From positions 23,436,001 through 23,500,000 of the forward strand of contig CM022673.1 of the NCBI GenBank assembly GCA_012295275.1: a DNA stretch of 64,000 nt, in the 5' to 3' direction. The stretch comes from Chrysomallon squamiferum (taxonomy: Eukaryota > Animalia > Mollusca). Under the pieces are notes generated by a model, which was given only the letters and a program-made list of their open reading frames with translations, was not told the DNA's origin and made no database searches. Positions 58,363 to 64,000 of the stretch are shown here, in pieces (positions within the stretch are counted from its first letter, which is position 1; every line of letters begins with the position of its first letter). The translations under genes were made by a program, and so were the position numbers.

Positions 58363-61289
58363 GGAAATATTAGTATATATATATATATATATAACGAACA
58401 GAAAAAAGTATTTTTTTTTTTTTTGTAATAGTAACAGTAGTGCGTCTATAAAAACACCGAATAATGAGATTAGATTCTGAGTATATCTCTTTGAATATAA
58501 CTAAGTTTGTTTGCTACAGTAAACTGGGTACTAATATAATTCAGTTGTATTTGTTTATTGTTTGTTTCTGATTTGTCTTCTTGTTCTTTTTTCGACTTAA
58601 CAAAAATTAAAGGTTATACAACAATGTATTTTTAGATATATGCACTCAGGTAGAACATATAGTTTTAAAATCTTTTGAATTACTCGCTAGCATAATCATC
58701 ATCATCATCATCAACATCAACATCATTATCATCATCGTCACCATTATCGTCATCAATATTATTATTAGTAGTAGTAGTATCTTTATTATTAGCCGTAGTC
58801 GTTGTAGTAGTAAGTAGCAGTAATAGTATTAGCAGTAGTAGTAATAGTGGTTGTGGTTATTGCTATTTAGGAGGAGGAGAAACAGAAAGAGGAATAGAAG
58901 TAACAGCATCAGCAATATTGTTAATAAGCTAAATATAACATTATTAATTTCGGAAGATGTTGTTGAAGAAAGGGGGCTTTCCCATAAATATAAATTTTAT
59001 TATTATCATTATTGTTGTTGTTGTTCTTGTTGCTATATAATAAAAAAAATAATAATAACTATAGAAAATAAATAAGTAAATAATATAAAAATAGAAATAA
59101 AATCATGGACTGGTCGCCATGGGAATCCATTCTCAAAATGGCCGCAACTGGATTGCTATAGTGACTAATACAGAGGTATAAATCTATGTAAGTTGATGGC
59201 TATGCGCTAATTGTACGTTTTCAAAAACGATAGAAAACTTCCACATATAACCGTATTCTTTATTCATACTATTACTGTGAGATATTAAAATAGACAACAC
59301 CAAAATATGTGTATCAGGAATCCATGCATTATTCGGCGATCTCTAAAGAAAACAGAATATTTTTTTGTCTTTTCTGTCAGTTAGCTGCAAAGAAACAAGA
59401 AATACTCACAACCAGGATGCAGTCCTAATACTTACTACTCTTAAGCGGAAATTTTAATCACAGAGCCATTTCTGATGCTATGTAAATAAAGAAACTAATT
59501 TTAATATTCTGCAACAGAAGGACTACGCATCAATTCTGTTTCGAACAACAGTTTTCATTATACAACGGGATCTCTCTTTGTGTTCGAGCCTGTATGCTAA
59601 TAGCTGTCAGAAACAATAGAAAACTCCTATACTTCATAACTATATTCTTTTTACATAAGATGTTTGGTGAGGTATTGCTCTTAACACAGACAGGACCAAA
59701 TACTGAAAAATATTGTATGAAGGAAACATTATAAATATATAATAACTTAAAGATTAAAATTTTATTCATTTCGTCTGTTTGGTCGGTATTAATAAATTAT
59801 AGTGTTCGGAGAATAATTACAGATAAGTTTGCATATGTACGTCATTTACGTGATTCATCACGTCAGAATAATCTGTATAGTTAACCATTTGTCGAGAATG
59901 ACGGGGGCGTGGTTTGTTTTTTATTATTGTATTATTATAATATTATTGTAACTATTACATTTGAACAGAAATACAAAACCAAAAACAGGAATTATTGAAT
60001 GCTTTGAACAAAACACTTCTTTCTTTTTTATTTATTTAACAATAAGTTACAAATGAACTTAGATATTCAGGCTGTTTAAGAAAAGGGTATAAACCATCAC
60101 GATCTATGTAAAAATGGTACAAATCCTGCTCGAGTGACAAAGCCTGCAGGTGTCACAACAGGTATTCTCACCCAAGTGTCAAATCGTGACGTAACAAGGC
60201 GCATCAGTTTTTCGTTGTCCAGCTGGCCATTTGTTGATTATATATTTTTGATTTATTTTAATTTTTTGTTTTTATCTTGTTTTCTTATTTTTGCTATACA
60301 GTTTTGCTATACAGTTCAAAATCCGAATCAGTTTTCCTCATTAGAAATACTGATGGTAAACAATATACATTGTAATAAAACATGAAGAACATGCACACTT
60401 AAATCAAGGGAAAAATAGCACAACTAAATAACCTAAATAATAACATAAAACTATATACGTGTGTGTCTGTGTGCGTATATATGTACATATATACATGTAT
60501 TAAATCGAAAAAACAAAAAATAAAAAACATTGAAAACACAAGAGAGTAACGGAAGAGATGCTTTAACAGCGAGAGAAGAGTTGGACACATTTTTTTTCTC
60601 CCACTGCACGCGCATTTGAACGTAAAAGCATTATTCGAACCCCGGATGGAATGTCTCACCAATGTAGCGTTCAAACGCTGGAACGTTGTAAGTAAAAATC
60701 GTTTGACGTACGGAGAACCAATGAAATCGACAATTTGGTAAATATTAGTTTTAACTATGTTATCTGTCTTAAAATACTAAAATATTTTTGTGTACATTTA
60801 TTTACATTAATATTTGTCTATGAATGCAGGTATGTATTTAAGTGCGTGTATGTGTGTCTGTTACAGTCAATATGTCAAACTAGTTATCTGGTCTAATTCC
60901 TGAAACGTACAGGCACTTAGCCTAACGCCCAAGACCTTCGGGCATTTGGCCTAATGACTAAAAGTTCCAGGAATTAGGTCAAAGGACTGGTTATATTTTG
61001 GTTGGTGTTGTTTGACACTGTCTGACAGCAATTCAGGCAATCAGTCAAATGGGTTTAATGCTTTGTGTACATCTGTTAATTGTAGGGATTAGTGGTTCAA
61101 TTCAGTTCTTTATTATCGTGAGCTTTACAGCTTATTGATATACAGTGTCAGTAATAAAATAAAAAAAATGAAAGAATTACAAATAGTGACAGTATAATAA
61201 AAAAAAAAAAAAAAAAAAAAATAAAAACTGGAGAATAGAAAAGGCACATAAATCAAAAATTTTCTACACAAAAATTCTTTAAACAAATA

Positions 61290-61845
61290 TTTTCCCAAAT
61301 TACACAGTGATTTCCTATTTTCAATCTCATCTTCAATCTCTATTACATAATATACATATTTTTTTCTGCTCTCTCAGTATTGCTGTATCTCCCAGACTCA
61401 GCTGCCACCTGATGTCCAGATAGCCTCACTTTTGTTAAGTATCTTTTATAAATCATTGGTATAGATTTAACTAAATAAAACTGAATTGATACACCATCTG
61501 TAATTTTTATATAAACTGTTACATTTCACAGTTGAATTTAGCTGAACTGAAAGATTATTATTATTTTCATTAATATGGTCCTGCTCTATCCATATGTATC
61601 CCAGTGCCAGTTCATATAAAGGTTTCTTAATAAAAATAATCGAATTATTTTTCTATAACGTAAAATACAATTTTTACCAAAATCTAAGTGAATTTTCTCA
61701 ATAACATATGCTTTTTGAAAATCCAGTATCTCATTACCATAAAACAGCACACTAGTTACGTATGTATCAAACACTGACAATAGAGAAAAGTAATTTAAAG
61801 ACATATTATTTACACTTTTTTTCACAGCATATGTTGCCTTATTGT
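61290..61845 (-). mobile_element. Non-LTR retrotransposon (LINE) ORF2 C-terminal fragment nested in the Ginger2-like element
   Basis: Minus-strand translations LSVFDTYVTSVLFYGNEILDFQKAYVIEKIHLDFGK and LTKVRLSGHQVAAESGRY...IEDE resemble the post-RT 'LFD..V.SIL.YG.E.WG...IEK.HL.FCK' and 'LSSH.L.IETGRY...EDE' motifs of invertebrate LINEs. The fragment has frameshifts. Confidence 0.7.
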
Positions 61846-62029
61846 TGTGTTACTGTTTCATCAAGGACATGTTCAGATTTCAAGGACATGTTCAGTTCTT
61901 AAAAAACACATATTATTAGTGTTGGGTACTGGCTTCATTGCTCAGTGTTGATAGGTGGTATAAAATACAGTGGCTACTGATCACATTCAGATCGCTTATG
62001 TGTCCACCGTGGAGATTCCTGTAGAAGTT

Positions 62030-62985
62030 CGATTTTAGAGAGAACTGTTTAAGAAGTATTAAGAAGTACAAAGCGTGCAAGAGAGTGTACATTCCAAAGG
62101 AAGAGTACTTCTTGATTATGGACCAGCTACAGACCCCAGGAAGGAAAGCCAGGAAGAAAACAGATGAAGACATACCTCTGTACTACGTTTCCTTTGAAGA
62201 CACCTTTGGCGTCATCAAGCATACATCCAAAAAGTATGTAAATTTGACATGTGAAGCTATCGAATTGTTGAAGTCACTGTACATGGATTGTCAACAGAAA
62301 CGCAAGAGGCTAACAACCAAAGGAATGGTAGTCCAACCTATTCTGACCAAGGAATTTTCATCACGTGGCCAAGTGGATATTGTAGACTTGCAGTCCTTAC
62401 CCAGTGGAAAGTAAACGCGGATCATGGCTTACCAGGACCATTTGGCCAAATTCTATATTCTCAAGCCTCTTACTTCGAAGCATGACAACGGATCCCAGTT
62501 GTATACAAGGAACTCATGGAGCTGTGGACCAAAATGGTTATTGTGCGCGAGAAACGAAGCCACCCCCAAAGCAAGGGCTCTGTAGAGTGGGCAAACTACA
62601 ACATTAAAGGTGGGTTAGTAGCCTGGAGAACGATACAAGGGACTGGTGTGTAGGCATCGTTTGTTAAATTCAGAAAGAACTCAAGCTACAGTCCTAGCAT
62701 CAAGCAACCACCGTATTCTGCTCTCCTTGGAGTGGAAGTGTATGTTGGATTGACATCATCTTCGCTGCATTGGCAGTCTCTAGTCAGAAGTCGACCAGCT
62801 GGCACTGCTATCAATGTCCCTTTAGATCAACAGTGTCAAAGAAGTCGTCCATAGGAGGACAAGCGTTTGTGAAATGCATCTGAGGGGAGACAAAGAGGTG
62901 ACAACCAAAACGTTGCAAATGTTTCAAAAACAAATTTTTGAGCAATTCAAGATGTCACTCAAGTTTGAACTGCTGTAATAAATAG
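62030..62985 (+). pseudogene. Decayed KRBA2-like DDE integrase/transposase of the Ginger2-like element
   Basis: Remnants include PLYYVSFEDTF..IK, KKYVNLT.EAIEL..SL..DCQQKRKR.TTKG.VV.PIL..EFSSRGQVD.VD.QS, IMAYQDHL.KF.IL.PLTSK, HDNG, HPQSKGSVE and the C-terminal KRCKCFK...NSRCH...CCNK*. There are multiple stops, frameshifts and deletions. Confidence 0.85.
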
Positions 62986-63210
62986 AACACTATTTGATGT
63001 GTTTCGAAATAAATGTTTTCATGCAACTGCAAGCCATTCTTTTTCATTCATTAATTTTGCCTAATGACTAGAGGTCTGTTTCAGTCATTTGGCCTAATTC
63101 CTGGAAATATTAGTCATTAGGCCAAACGCCTGAAGGTCTTGAGAGTTAGGCTAAATGCCCAAACACTTCAGGCATTATCCAACTGACTAGTTTGACATAT
63201 TGAATGTAAC

Positions 63211-63249
<39 letters not shown>

Positions 63250-63251
63250 TA

Positions 63252-63838
63252 CAGAGGTACCTCGACTTATGAGTGTCCCAACGTTCGAATTTTTCGATTA
63301 CGCCTGGTCGAGCTTTTGCTTTGAGTTGCGAGCCAAAATCCGAGTTACGAGAGAGCTTCAGAAACACCGCTGCTAACTGGTGCAAAGAACAGCAAAACAT
63401 CCGGCCAGCATTCTACGTCTCAATCGTGGCTACCTCACCGTGGAAGCATCTCTGTTGTGATAGGGTCGAGTTTTGTACAGTATTTTGCCAAATTTCTTTT
63501 TTCTGACCATGGATCGTAAGAAAGTGAGTGCAAAGGACAGTGCTGAGAAGAAGAATGGGGTGATGTCCACTGAATGAAAACATGAAATCATAGAAAAACA
63601 TGAGAGAAATGTGCATGTATTCAACTTGGCTAAGCAGTACGAGCATAGTATCTTTACGATGTGTACTATACTGAAGCAGGAGAAGTCGATAACGACTGTA
63701 ACTCCAGCCAAAGGCGTTAAAATAATTTGTATGATCTCCAAGATAAACACACTTCTTTTATTTTGTTTTTTTTTTTATAAATACAATATTTGTCATTTAT
63801 AAATACATTTTTCGTTAAAACAGGTTATATATAAAAAA

Positions 63839-63869
<31 letters not shown>

Positions 63870-63991
63870 AAAAACATGAGATGTTTTTTGGTGGCCTGAA
63901 CCGAATTAATGGTATTTCAATTAATTTCAGCTGGGAAAACTGATTTGACAGACGAGCAAATTGAGATTCGAGCTCGGTGAAGGTACCACTG
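63252..63991 (+). mobile_element. Tigger/pogo (TcMar) internally deleted element
   Basis: Termini TA|CAGAGGTACCT ... AGGTACCACTG|TA with a TA target duplication. The remnant at ~63509-63728 (MDRKKVS...KHEIIEKHER.V....LAKQY......CTILKQ) is a CENP-B-type N-terminal HTH with an internal stop. Confidence 0.85.
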
Positions 63992-64000
63992 TATATAATA

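Larger units (their letters stand above)
60859..63211 (+). mobile_element. Ginger2/TDD-type (KRBA2/SCAND3-like integrase) DNA transposon, decayed, ~130-bp TIRs
   Basis: The left end TGTTACAGTCAATATGTCAAACTAGT...GGAATTAGGTCAAAGGACTG is an inverted match to the right end CAGTCATTTGGCCTAATTCC...ACTAGTTTGACATATTGAATGTAACA, with TGT...ACA termini. An internal integrase-like coding remnant is present. Confidence 0.85.

Noticed and set aside
62085-62414. Domesticated KRBA2-like host gene
   Set aside because: It has stops, frameshifts and a deleted catalytic region, and lies inside TIRs. It is a dead transposon copy.

Overview
This is AT-rich, microsatellite-dense eukaryotic genomic DNA with GT-AG introns. 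It is probably from a lophotrochozoan invertebrate such as a mollusc; that assignment is inferred from composition and gene/TE content only. I could reconstruct six protein-coding genes by hand. (1) The 5' part of a BRCA1 orthologue (minus strand): RING exons plus a 3.3-kb exon-11-like exon, running off the left edge. (2) A complete 25-exon ABCB1/P-glycoprotein (+). (3) A 12-exon type-2 malate/L-lactate dehydrogenase (Ldh_2/YjmC-like) gene (+). (4) An intronless class A GPCR (+). (5) A 4-exon acyl-CoA-binding protein (ACBP/DBI) (-). (6) A secreted Spaetzle/neurotrophin-like cystine-knot protein (+), most of whose conserved domain is missed by the ORF track. Mobile DNA includes a Ginger2/KRBA2-type element with ~130-bp TIRs and a nested LINE fragment, a Tigger deletion derivative and hAT MITEs. 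The most notable observations are a frameshift in the large BRCA1 exon coinciding with a phase-compatible cryptic donor (delta11q-like bypass), the Spaetzle-like gene with an orphan duplicate of its first intron, and four copies of TGCAAGTCAT upstream of the ABCB1 start codon. Most short ORFs in the track are microsatellite artefacts. All exon coordinates were read manually and need transcript confirmation.
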